From assembly GCA_949290735.1 (NCBI GenBank), contig CASESV010000010.1, positions 6,306 to 30,305 on the forward strand: a DNA stretch of 24,000 bases, written 5' to 3'. Each line of letters begins with the position of its first letter. Within the stretch, counting starts at the first letter, position 1. The position numbers were made by a program, and so were the translations under genes. Under the pieces are notes generated by a model. The model made no database searches. It was not told the origin of the DNA and worked only from the letters and a program-made list of their open reading frames with translations. Shown one piece after another: positions 10,514 to 19,700 of the stretch. Source of the DNA: an uncultured Mycoplasmataceae bacterium (lineage in GTDB: Bacteria; Bacillota_I; Bacilli_A; Mycoplasmatales; Mycoplasmoidaceae).

Positions 10514-10560
10514 AATAAAGTATAAAAAAACCATTTAAAATGGTTTTTTTATACTTTATT
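10514..10560. terminator. Perfect 47-bp palindrome; likely a bidirectional intrinsic terminator
   Basis: AATAAAGTATAAAAAAACCATTT-a-AAATGGTTTTTTTATACTTTATT. The arms are 23 bp and perfectly complementary, centred on base 10537. A7/T7 runs flank the CCATTT/AAATGG core. It lies 26 nt after the stop of the 553-aa gene. Confidence 0.6.
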
Positions 10561-10624
10561 TACCCCTTTCCATGATTTTTAATATAAAAATATTAAAAAA
10601 ATTATCAAAAATTTATTTTTTTAA

Positions 10625-10658
10625 TATAATTAAAGTGTGATAAAGTGGGGGTAAGTGT
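10625..10658 (+). promoter_or_regulatory. mraZ promoter -10 box plus three 10-bp-phased direct repeats (putative MraZ operator)
   Basis: TATAAT at 10625-10630. It is followed immediately by AAAGTGT (10632-10638), AAAGTGG (10642-10648) and tAAGTGT (10652-10658), exactly 10 bp apart. The third repeat contains the mraZ GTG start. Confidence 0.65.
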
Positions 10659-11091
10659 GTTTTTAGGGACATATTATCATAATTTAGATGCTAAAAATAG
10701 ACTTACAATACCAAGTAAGATTTTAGCAAACATAACAGATTCGAAATTAATAATCTCAAAAGGATTTGATGGGTGTTTAGAATTAAGAACATTACAGGAA
10801 TTTGAAAAATTTACTAATAGTTTACTAGCTTTATCACAAAATAAACTTAATACAAGAACAATTTTAAGACAATTACTTGCAAATGCTAGTGAAGTTGAAA
10901 TTGATAGTGCTAAAAGAATTCTTATTCCATCTAATTTATTACAAGAAGCAAATCTTGAAAAAGAAGCTGTAATTATTGGAATAGGTAATAAATGTGAAAT
11001 ATGAAATAAGTTAGCATATGAAGAGTTTAAAAATAAAACTGATTCATTATTAGAAGAATTAGCAGAAGGTTTAGATGATCAAAAATTATAA
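10657..11091 (+). CDS. mraZ: Transcriptional regulator MraZ
   Basis: A GTG start at 10657 gives MFLGTYYHNLDAKNRLTIPSKI, the canonical MraZ N-terminus; the track ORF begins 12 nt earlier at another GTG. A second SpoVT/AbrB-like repeat is present (DSAKRILIPSNL). The frame continues through TGA at 11002 to TAA at 11089-11091 (144 aa). Confidence 0.9.
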
Positions 11092-11992
11092 CCATCATCA
11101 ACCTGTATATGAAAATGAAGTTATTAATTATCTTTCAATAAAACCTAACGGGGTTTATATTGATTGCACATTAGGAAGATGTGGTCATACTAGAAAAATA
11201 ATTTCTAAATTATCGACAGGGTTTGTAATTGGCATAGATAGAGATATAGAAGCTATTAATTATGCTAAGCAACTAAAATTAAATAATCTAAGACTTGAAC
11301 ATGATAAGTTTAGTAACTTAGACAAAATTTTTCAAAAACATAATTTGAATGAAGTTGATGGGATAATTTTTGATTTAGGAGTTAGTTCACCACAGTTGGA
11401 TAATGCAAATAGGGGTTTTTCATATAATCAATTGGCAGATCTTGATATGAGAATGGATCAATCACAAAAAAAGGATGCTAAACAAGTGATTAATTCCTAT
11501 AGTTTAAATGAATTAATTAGAATATTCAGAGATTATGGCGAATCAAAATATGCTTACAATGTTGCAAAAAATATTGTTAATCAGAGAAAAAACAAAGTCA
11601 TAAATACTACATTTGAATTAAATGAAATTATTAAAGCTAGTTTACCAGCAAAAGAACTTAGTAAACATAAACATCCTTCTCGAGTATTTTATCAAGCTAT
11701 TCGCATGGAAGTAAATAATGAATTAGAAGAAATAAAAACAGCATTAAATGCAGCATTAAAACATTTAAAAGTAGGATCTAGACTAATATTAATTAGTTTT
11801 CATTCATTAGAGAATAATATTATTAAAAGTGTTTTAAAAGAGCAAACAAAAGTAAATGAACAACTAAGTTATTTACCTACAAAATCTAATATAACAAATT
11901 CTTACAAATTAATTAAACATAAAATCTTGGATAAATCAGATAATCCAAGATCAAGAAGTGCAAGATTGCATATTATTGAAAGGGAAGTTTAA
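11075..11992 (+). CDS. rsmH: 16S rRNA (cytosine1402-N4)-methyltransferase RsmH (MraW)
   Basis: Uninterrupted 305-aa ORF. HQPVYENEV, YIDCTLGRCGH, DRD, DLGVSSPQLD, RGFSY, SFHSLE and RSRSARL motifs are present. It overlaps the mraZ 3' end by 17 nt. Confidence 0.93.
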   Translation: MIKNYNHHQPVYENEVINYLSIKPNGVYIDCTLGRCGHTRKIISKLSTGFVIGIDRDIEAINYAKQLKLNNLRLEHDKFSNLDKIFQKHNLNEVDGIIFDLGVSSPQLDNANRGFSYNQLADLDMRMDQSQKKDAKQVINSYSLNELIRIFRDYGESKYAYNVAKNIVNQRKNKVINTTFELNEIIKASLPAKELSKHKHPSRVFYQAIRMEVNNELEEIKTALNAALKHLKVGSRLILISFHSLENNIIKSVLKEQTKVNEQLSYLPTKSNITNSYKLIKHKILDKSDNPRSRSARLHIIEREV

Positions 11993-11993
11993 T

Positions 11994-13202
11994 ATGAACA
12001 ATTCAAAAGATGTTAAAGTCATATTATCATTCAATGACAATTATGTTGGCATTGTCCTTTTTAATAGTGTAGACAATGAAGTTAATAGACTATATGAAAA
12101 TATTAAACCATTAAGTGAAAAAGCAATTGTTAATGGATATATTAATAAAATGAAAGATGTTTATGAATGCACTGAAGAATTAATTTGTAATGCATCCAAA
12201 TTTACAAAATTTAAAATTACACATGTATATGCTAATTTTGATAATCATGAAATTTCTTTTCAACCTGTAAAATTAGAAAAGATTGAACTTCAAGATAAGA
12301 TTTTTGATTTAACAATATGAGAAAAAATTAAATCTACCATCAATATAGATCAAATAGCACATAAACATATTTATGGAGTCGAATACTTATCTTGATCAAT
12401 AGATGGTAAAGAATATAATAATATAACAAATGAAAAAATTGCTGGACAAATATTAGAAGTTAAAACATTACTTTATGAAGTAAATAAAGCTTTATATAAT
12501 CAATATATAAATTTATTTAAAAAATTAAATATTCAATGTATTAGTTTGAAACCTTTTATTAATGATTTTGCTAATTTATCAAACAGTATTAAAGATAATC
12601 ATCATGAATTATTTGTTTATATTAATGATAATGCATTATCCATTTCAAGAACCACAGGTAGAAGATTAATGAAAACCATATATACTCAGGAATTGGGTTT
12701 AAATGCTTTATATGATGAATTAAGTAAAACAATTAAACAAGACGTTAAATATGTTAAAAACATTATGAATACAACTGGTGCTTTTGGAAATAATTTAAGT
12801 AATTTAGAAATTATTAATGGTTTTAACTATAATGAATCAAGTTTCATTAAAATATATGGAAATAATATAAATGAAATTATGGGGTTATATGCTAAAGCTA
12901 TTGTTGAGTGTGTTAAACAAAATATTGAACATTTAAAAAATACTAAAAAAATTAACATCGCAAAAACTACATATATACCTAATAATCAATTAGCAAATAA
13001 AGTGATTAATTTAACTCAGTTAAAAAATGATAGCAATGTTATTATTTTTAATAATGAACATATCCAAGAACATGGATATAATTATATTCAACATGAATTG
13101 TTAATTAATACTTTAAAATATGAAAATTCTACTTCTAAAAAAATTCAATGTGTGCAAGTTTTAACTAATAAAGATTTAAAGTCTTTAAATAAAGGAGAAT
13201 AA
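11994..13202 (+). CDS. ftsA: Divergent FtsA-like cell-division protein (402 aa)
   Basis: ATG at 11994, 1 nt after the rsmH stop, is in frame with track ORFs 11958-12320 and 12546-13202 through TGAs at 12318 and about 12393. Its position between rsmH and ftsZ is the standard Mollicutes/Firmicutes ftsA slot. The sequence has an FtsA-like layout (VILSFNDNYVGIV; ...ISLKPFINDFANL; ELFVYINDNALSIS), but the actin-fold phosphate motifs are degenerate. Confidence 0.6.
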
Positions 13203-13205
13203 TAT

Positions 13206-14855
13206 ATGGCTGATACAAAAAAAATGGATTTAGGTTTATTAGATGATAATTTTGATATTGATTTTGAAAATAAAAAATCTGATGATATTTTCAATGGTTG
13301 AGTTGATAAAAATCCAATGGAACAACATAATAATGAAAAAGAAATTAATGTTGCTGATAGCCGTTTCAATTTTGCATTCGACAATCCTCAGCCTAGTTAT
13401 AAAAAACCAGTAAAAAAACTATTTAATAATTTAGATAAATTTCAATTTAAAAAAGATTTAAATATAAAAATACTTGGTGTTGGTGGTGCTGGTAATAATA
13501 TGATTGAACATATGGCTAATCATAGTAGTATAGACAAAAGTTCATTATATGCTATTAATACTGATTATCAAGTATTGAGAAAAATGCCTGAAAATATAAA
13601 TGTTATTTTGATTGGAAATAAAATAACTAATGGTTATGGTTCAGGATCAGATCCAGAAATAGGTAAAAAAGCTGCATTAGAAGATGAACAGATTATACGA
13701 GAAATACTAGAAGATACAGATTTATTATTTATAGTTTCTGGTATGGGAAAAGGTACGGGTACTGGTGCAAGTCCTGTGATCAGTAGTATAGCTAAAGAAA
13801 TGGGGATACTAACATTATCTATAATTAATTTACCATCCATTTCAAATGAAGGTCCAATAATATTTAAAAAAGGTGAAGATGGCCTATTAAATCTTAAAAA
13901 ATATTCAGATGGAATTTTAACTATAAGCAATGAAAAATTATTTAATGAAACAAGTACACATATTTCTTTATTACAAGCATTTGTTTATGCAAACTCAGTT
14001 ATTACAAATGTTATTTATGAAATAATTAGTTTAATTTCAATTGCTAATAAGATTAATGTTGATTTTAATGATGTTAAAAACTTTTTTAAAGATCAAACAA
14101 ACTTCCAATTAAATACTTTTTCATTTGATAATGAACAAAATATTGAAGAACAAATAATTGAACAATTAAAATATGAAATTTATCAAGACAGTTTAGATAA
14201 AGCAAGAAAAATAATTGTTAACTTTAAATTAAATCCATCAGTTACGAGAGACTTTATAAATTCTTTTATTAGATCACTAAATAACATTACGAAAAATTCT
14301 GAACTTGAAATAACATTATCAATAGATTATTTTGATAGTATAGAATTTGCTAAAATTACATTATTATCTGCAAAAGAAAAAATCAATGAACAACAATCAA
14401 TATCTCTTAATACTAGTAATAAAGAAATTGATCATGTTAATTCATCAATCTATAATCAATCAAACCAAATTCATAATGGACAAAATTTAAACAATGATAA
14501 AATATTAGATGTGTTGTCTTCATCAAATGAGATAGGTAATGAAATAAATTTAGAAGTAATAAACACTAAAACAGAAGAACTTGAAAAAGAACAAAAAACT
14601 ATAACTATTAATACAAATAATCTTGAACAAGATCATATTATTGAAAATACTAACAATTTCAAAATTATACAAAATAATTTTAAAGATTTAAAAGAAGAAA
14701 TAAATATATCACATACAAATGAAAAAGAATATGAATCAGTTAGAAGAGCATTCATTCCAACAAAAAAAATAACTGAACCAGATGTAGATGAAGTAGAAAC
14801 AAGATCAAGAACAGTTAGATTTAATCATCCAACTGGTCCAGGATCTAGGAATTAA
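13206..14855 (+). CDS. ftsZ: Cell-division GTPase FtsZ with N- and C-terminal extensions (549 aa if the start is at 13206)
   Basis: Core motifs are IKILGVGGAGNNMIEHM, GSGSDPEIG, GMGKGTGTGASPVISSIAKEMGILT and NVDFNDV (T7 loop). ATG at 13206 is preceded by AAAGGAGAA and is in frame with track ORF 13317-14855 through one TGA. An alternative start is the ATG at 13317. Confidence 0.9.
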
Positions 14856-15303
14856 TTTTTTTACTTGAAATTTTCTTTAAATTTTTAGGTGATTTATATA
14901 AGACAAAATTAATTTGCTTATCCATAGTTTGATATTTCTTAAGTAATTTTTTTTCATAAATTTTATCTTTTATATTTCTGTATCCTCTAATGATAGTTTT
15001 TGTATCTAAATTTTCATTGATATATTTAACTGTTAAACCATTATTTATTAGTATTTTTATTCTTTTTAAATCAACTTTTTTTTGTTTTAAATATTGTTCT
15101 GTCTGCTCAGCACTTTTTTCAAGATTATGTAGTGGTTTTTTTTCGTTTTGACAAACAAGTAAATAAATATAATCAAAATCTGCCAGTCCTGACTTAAGAA
15201 CAAAAAAATGTCCATCATGAAAAGGATTAAAACTACCACAATATATAGCTTTTTTTAAATTATTTTTTCTATGATTTTTCTTAGTTGTTCTGGATCTTCT
15301 CAT
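14845..15303 (-). CDS. coaD: Phosphopantetheine adenylyltransferase-like nucleotidyltransferase
   Basis: AIYCGSFNPFHDGH (the (T/H)xGH nucleotidyltransferase motif), ...TIIRGYRNIKDKIYEKKL... and ...KISSKKI align by eye with CoaD (GTFDPITNGH, LIRGLRAVADFEYE, ISSSLVKE). Size is about 150 aa. The start is uncertain: ATG at 15303 or TTG at 15312. The 3' end overlaps ftsZ by 11 nt. Confidence 0.65.
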   Translation of the reverse strand: MRRSRTTKKNHRKNNLKKAIYCGSFNPFHDGHFFVLKSGLADFDYIYLLVCQNEKKPLHNLEKSAEQTEQYLKQKKVDLKRIKILINNGLTVKYINENLDTKTIIRGYRNIKDKIYEKKLLKKYQTMDKQINFVLYKSPKNLKKISSKKINS

Positions 15304-16001
15304 GTTAAACAATAACCTACATTTTTAATAATAAAATAATTATTCTCACTCGCATTAAATAATTTTTTATTTTTCTTTAAATTAATAAGTGGATTTTTTT
15401 CTCCAACAATAATATAAATATTTCATCTAATTTTTTCGATTCAATTAAAATAATTATTAATAGTTCTAATTTTTAAAATTTGATCAAAAATCTTGTGATA
15501 TAGTAACGATAAATCTGAAAATGTAACAACTTCATTATGAATAGAATCAATCATTTTTTTATTATTTCTTAAATTTGATAAATTATTTGCAAGGTACATA
15601 TATTTTAAAAATGCATCTCGATTATTATTTGGAATTATTTTACCTTTTATATTAGTTACTTTAAGATAAATTGACTTATCAAATGGATTTAATAAGATTA
15701 ATTTATTAACTTTATCTTTTATCTCATCATAAATTAAATAAATAATAAGCAAAGAAAAACTATTTATAATAACATCGACTTTACAATCATTTTGTTTGTT
15801 AAAAAAAGAAATTATTTGTTCACACAATGATTCTATTTTTGTTATTGGGTATGTTTGCATTTTGACTGCATTATTGTCAGATTCTATTTTTCATTTAAAA
15901 AAAGCAAAATTATCATATTTTTTAAATATTTTTAAAATATCATTACTTAGTTCTAATGATGGTACTCAATTTGGAATATAAAGTATTTTGTTTTTGCACA
16001 T
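15255..16001 (-). CDS. Alpha/beta-hydrolase-fold protein (248 aa), catalytic triad apparently degenerate
   Basis: Track ORF 15441-15860 ends at a TGA. Read-through extends it downstream to TAA at 15257-15255 and upstream, through two TGAs, to ATG at 16001-15999. The layout KILYIPNW...VDVIINSFSLLIIY...LILLNPF...IYIIVGEKNPLI...IIKNVGYCLTWEDPEQ mirrors the alpha/beta-hydrolase pattern (HGW.. / GHSMGG / ..G..D / GH...E.PE). Confidence 0.65.
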
Positions 16002-16041
16002 ATTTTTTAGCATATAACTATTATATAAATAAAATAATTAA

Positions 16042-16050
16042 TGTTATAAT
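16042..16050 (+). promoter_or_regulatory. Extended -10 promoter element (TGtTATAAT) for the DUF368 gene
   Basis: TGTTATAAT at 16042-16050 ends only 8 nt before the ATG at 16059, and there is no Shine-Dalgarno between them. This implies a leaderless or near-leaderless mRNA. Confidence 0.4.
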
Positions 16051-16058
16051 AATTTTAT

Positions 16059-17399
16059 ATGTCAAAAAATAACAAAAATAAAAAAAGTAATAATTCAAAA
16101 AATAAATCAAATAAAAATTTGACTAATTCTTCTCAAAAAAGTACAGAAAGTAAGAAAGCTTCTTCTAGTGAAAAAGCTAAACAAGATATTTTAAAACAGT
16201 ATGGACTTGAAGAAGAATATAAACCTTCAAAGGAAGAATTAGAAGTTTATGAAACAGAAAAGCAAAATGCAAAACAAAAAGGTAAAGTTGCTTCTAAAGC
16301 TGATGATATTGGCTGAAATAAGTGAAAAGTACTTTTAAGAAATGCATTATTTGGAATCTTTATGGGAATTAGTGATGGTATCCCTGGATATAGTGGGGGA
16401 ACAACATTAAATATCATTGGATTTTATAAAGATCTTGTTTCTAATGTTAAATTAATTTTTAAACCAGATGTAAAAAAATATTTTTGAAAATATTTGATAT
16501 GAGTGATTCCTTTTGTTATTGCTTGATTAGCAATAATGATTGGCTTCTCGTTTCTAGTTGATTTTGTTGGTGATAACAACCAAGGTGTGATACTTGTGTT
16601 TTTATTTGGTTTTTTTGCGCTTTTTGCTATTCCTTTATTTTATATTTCAAATAAAGATAAATGTTTTGATTTTAAAGACTTTTTGTCAAAATCTAAAAAT
16701 CGGGATAAGTCCACTATTATAGTATGAATTTTAATGATATCAGCTTTTTTAATAATTACTGCAATTGGAATTATTGCTAGATTTGTTGCAAAAACTGAAA
16801 TTGTTGATGAATCTGGTTTAACAAAAACAATACATGGTGTTACTTTTTATAAAAATGCTAATATTGATCCAAATTCTTTTTTATCAGGTGATCCTGTTAG
16901 TACAGTTTTACCTTTATTAGTTTTATCTGTAGCATCAGGATTTGTGGTTTTAATACCGGGTATTAGTGGTAGTTTAGTTTTGTATATGGGTAATTGATAT
17001 CCAAAGATTTCAATGATGATAAGTAATGTTGCATCAGGTGAATTTATTGGTGAAAGTATGCCTTATTTGATAGTTGTTGCAGCGGGAACAATTTTAGGAA
17101 TTATTTTATCATCATTTGTAATAAACTATTTGATGAATAAATTTGAAAAATATTTTTATATTGCATCATTAGGGTTTGTAGCAGGTTCATTTGTATCAAT
17201 ATTTGTTTCATTAAGTAATTATGATTACTCATTCTTATCAAGCAATTCAACTACACTAGGTTTATCAATATCAATGATACCTATTGCATTAATAGTTAAC
17301 ATATTAATATTTATTGCATTAAATGAAACTGGAAGAATCAATTATCCAAAATTTAAAATTTTTAAAAAACATGCAAACAAAGAAGTTGTTAAAAATTAG
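16059..17399 (+). CDS. DUF368-family integral membrane protein (polyprenyl-phosphate transporter family) with an N-terminal K/N/S-rich extension, 446 aa
   Basis: Four track ORFs (16059-16316, 16536-16727, 16734-16997, 17013-17399) share one frame and join through TGAs. The paired signature motifs GISDGIPGYSGGTTLN and LIPGISGSLVL are separated by multiple TM helices, as is typical of DUF368. The first roughly 85 aa are low-complexity and charged. Confidence 0.8.
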
Positions 17400-18253
17400 T
17401 TTTTATTTTTAATACTAATATCAAAACAATTATTATTTGATATTCTTGTTATTTTATCAATAAACTGCTCCACTAATTTTTTATTTGAATTATTATGATA
17501 GATTTTTTTAAGTTCAAGTAAATTGAATCTAGATGAAAATATTGTTAATTTATTTGAGTTCATTCTGTAATTTAATATAGGAAATAATATTTGAGTGTGT
17601 ATAATATCTCTAAAAACATCACTACCTAAATCTTCAATTACTAAAATATCACAGGCTATCATTTGCTCAACTATATCATTTTTAAATGAACTTTGATCTT
17701 GAATTGATTTCATAATATCAAGATAAAAACTAGTCATTGTAAAGTAGATTATTGATTTATTTAATAGTGCCATTTCATTACAAAAAGATGTAAGAATGTA
17801 AGATTTACCTGAGCCAAAATTACCTTTTAGATATATTCCATTAATATTAATCTGTTGTCTTTTAATTCTAAGCAATGTGTTTATAAATGAACCTCGAATT
17901 TTATATTCATTTTCAGTACTTATAAAGTTCTTTTTTAATCTTTGTTGCTGATTTACTATATCGCTACTTGTATATCAATAATTATTTTTGATGATATATT
18001 CAATATTATTTTTATTTTTATCACAAATAAAATTTTCAATGATAATTTTATTATCTTTGTCTTTAGTTAATTTAAAATGATATCCATCAGCACCACACGT
18101 ATTTGGAGAAGTTTCACATAATTCAATTATTTTTATAATTCTATTAATATCAATTAAATACGTATTTATATCTTCATCAGTTAATTCGAAATCAGCAATT
18201 TTATGCTTGTATTTTTTGATTTTATCTAACAATTTATTCTTAGCATCAGACAT
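17396..18253 (-). CDS. dnaI: Primosomal helicase loader DnaI (285 aa)
   Basis: Track ORFs 17396-17875 and 17975-18259 share a frame. I checked the gap codon by codon and it contains only one TGA. It has an AAA+ Walker A (GNFGSGKSY) and Walker B (ILVIEDLG). The N-terminal domain is Cys/His-containing (CETSPNTCGADGYH...FICD). ATG at 18253 has GAAGAGG upstream. Confidence 0.85.
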
Positions 18254-19389
18254 TATCAATCAACCTCTTCAAATTTGTTATTGATTTTAAATGAATTAAT
18301 TTTATTTCTCTTCTTTCATGCTGAGTTTAAGTGTTTTAATATATCTGGTATACTTCTTAAATTTAGACGATTAATTGATAATGCAATTCTACTAAGATAA
18401 GCAGGTTCTAATCTTCCGTTATTAATAAAAATACAATAATCAACAAGAATATTAATAATAAAATCTGGTAATTTATATTCTTTTCTTAAATCTTTAATGC
18501 ATTTTAATTCAAATTCACTTAAACTATGTTGTTGAAGGCAAGATAGATATTGTTCACTATTTAAGGATTTATAATCATCAATAATATATTTATAATCATC
18601 AATATTAATATTTTCTATAAATACCTTTTTATTTCTATTAATTTTAATATTGTTGTTGAAATTTAATATATTATTAGAGTCAATAATTTTTTTGATTTCT
18701 AAAATTAATAATTTATTATCAATAGAAATTAAATTGTTTTTTCTTATAATTGATCCTTTTATACATTCAACTAATTGATTAGAGTTAAAATCATATTTTT
18801 TATAAGCATTATTTAAAATATTTTTTGCTTCAACATCTAAAGTAATTAATGTTTTAGTTTTCTTATATAGCAAATCATAAATAAAATCAAAATCTAATGA
18901 TTTTTCAATTTCAAACTCTTTGAAAACGTTTTCGAAAGTTTCACTTATATTAGTCAATCCTGTTGTTAAATCATTTTGATCAAAACTATATTTAATTTTT
19001 TCATAAACCATCTCGTCTGTTTTTAATTTTAAAAGATTAATATATTTACTATTATTTTTAAATTCTTCTCAAGATAGTGCTTGTTCTATTTTGTAAACAA
19101 TATAGTCATTCTTTTTTGTGTCAGCGTACTTTTTTATTAAACCAATACCCTCTAATAATTTAATATTATTATTAAAATCTTGTGCCGATAATTGTGTTTC
19201 TAATATTAATGATTCATGATTATTATTTATATCTAGTCCTAATGATTGGTTCATTTCTGCTATATTAAGCATTTTTATATATAAATGTATAGCATCCTTA
19301 CCAACAATATGAAAATAAACAAGATTAAGCATTTTCATATTTAATAAAAGATCAAAATTATATAAAATTTTATATTTTATAGCATCCAT
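18253..19389 (-). CDS. dnaB: Replication initiation/membrane attachment protein, DnaB/DnaD-domain family (378 aa)
   Basis: Track ORFs 18316-19011 and 19069-19389 are in one frame and join through TGA. The frame also reads through the TGA at 18316 to TAA at 18255-18253. The stop and the dnaI ATG share one base (TAATG). The C-terminal segment LSEFELKCIKDLRKEYKLPDFIINILVDYCIFINNGRLEPAYLSRIA resembles the DnaD/DnaB_2 domain. AGGAGG Shine-Dalgarno lies upstream of the ATG at 19389. Confidence 0.65.
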
Positions 19390-19506
19390 ACTTAACCTCC
19401 TTTTTCATATAAGACATATGTATTATAATGATATTTTTGATATTTAAACAAAGACTATTATAAAAATATTTTTTACTCATTAATTTATAGTAATTAATCA
19501 CATAAT

Positions 19507-19569
19507 TTTTCCACAAAAATCATCATAAATATGTTAAAAAATAGTATTTTTCCACATAAATGTGGATAA
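19507..19569. promoter_or_regulatory. Cluster of three DnaA-box-like 9-mers
   Basis: TTTTCCACA at 19507-19515 (+) and at 19548-19556 (+). A perfect TTATCCACA is on the minus strand at 19561-19569. The last two sites form the palindrome TCCACAT-AA-ATGTGGA (19551-19566). All lie in the 311-bp divergent intergenic region between dnaB-like and pepA. Confidence 0.5.
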
Positions 19570-19700
19570 TTTTTTAAAAAAAATAAAACTTTTTTGAACA
19601 AAATAAATATTAAATTTTCTAACTATAATGAGCAAATAAATTTAAAAAATGTAGTATAATATTATAAATATTATACTTTTTTAGTTAATGGAGGGATTTT

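Noticed and set aside
13145-13930. Minus-strand ORFs 13145-13384 and 13634-13930.
   Set aside because: They are antisense to the ftsA-like 3' end and the ftsZ GTPase core, whose frames carry diagnostic motifs. They are shadow ORFs.
15796-15981. Plus-strand ORF 15796-15981.
   Set aside because: It is antisense to the alpha/beta-hydrolase gene once that gene is extended by TGA read-through. It has no motif support.
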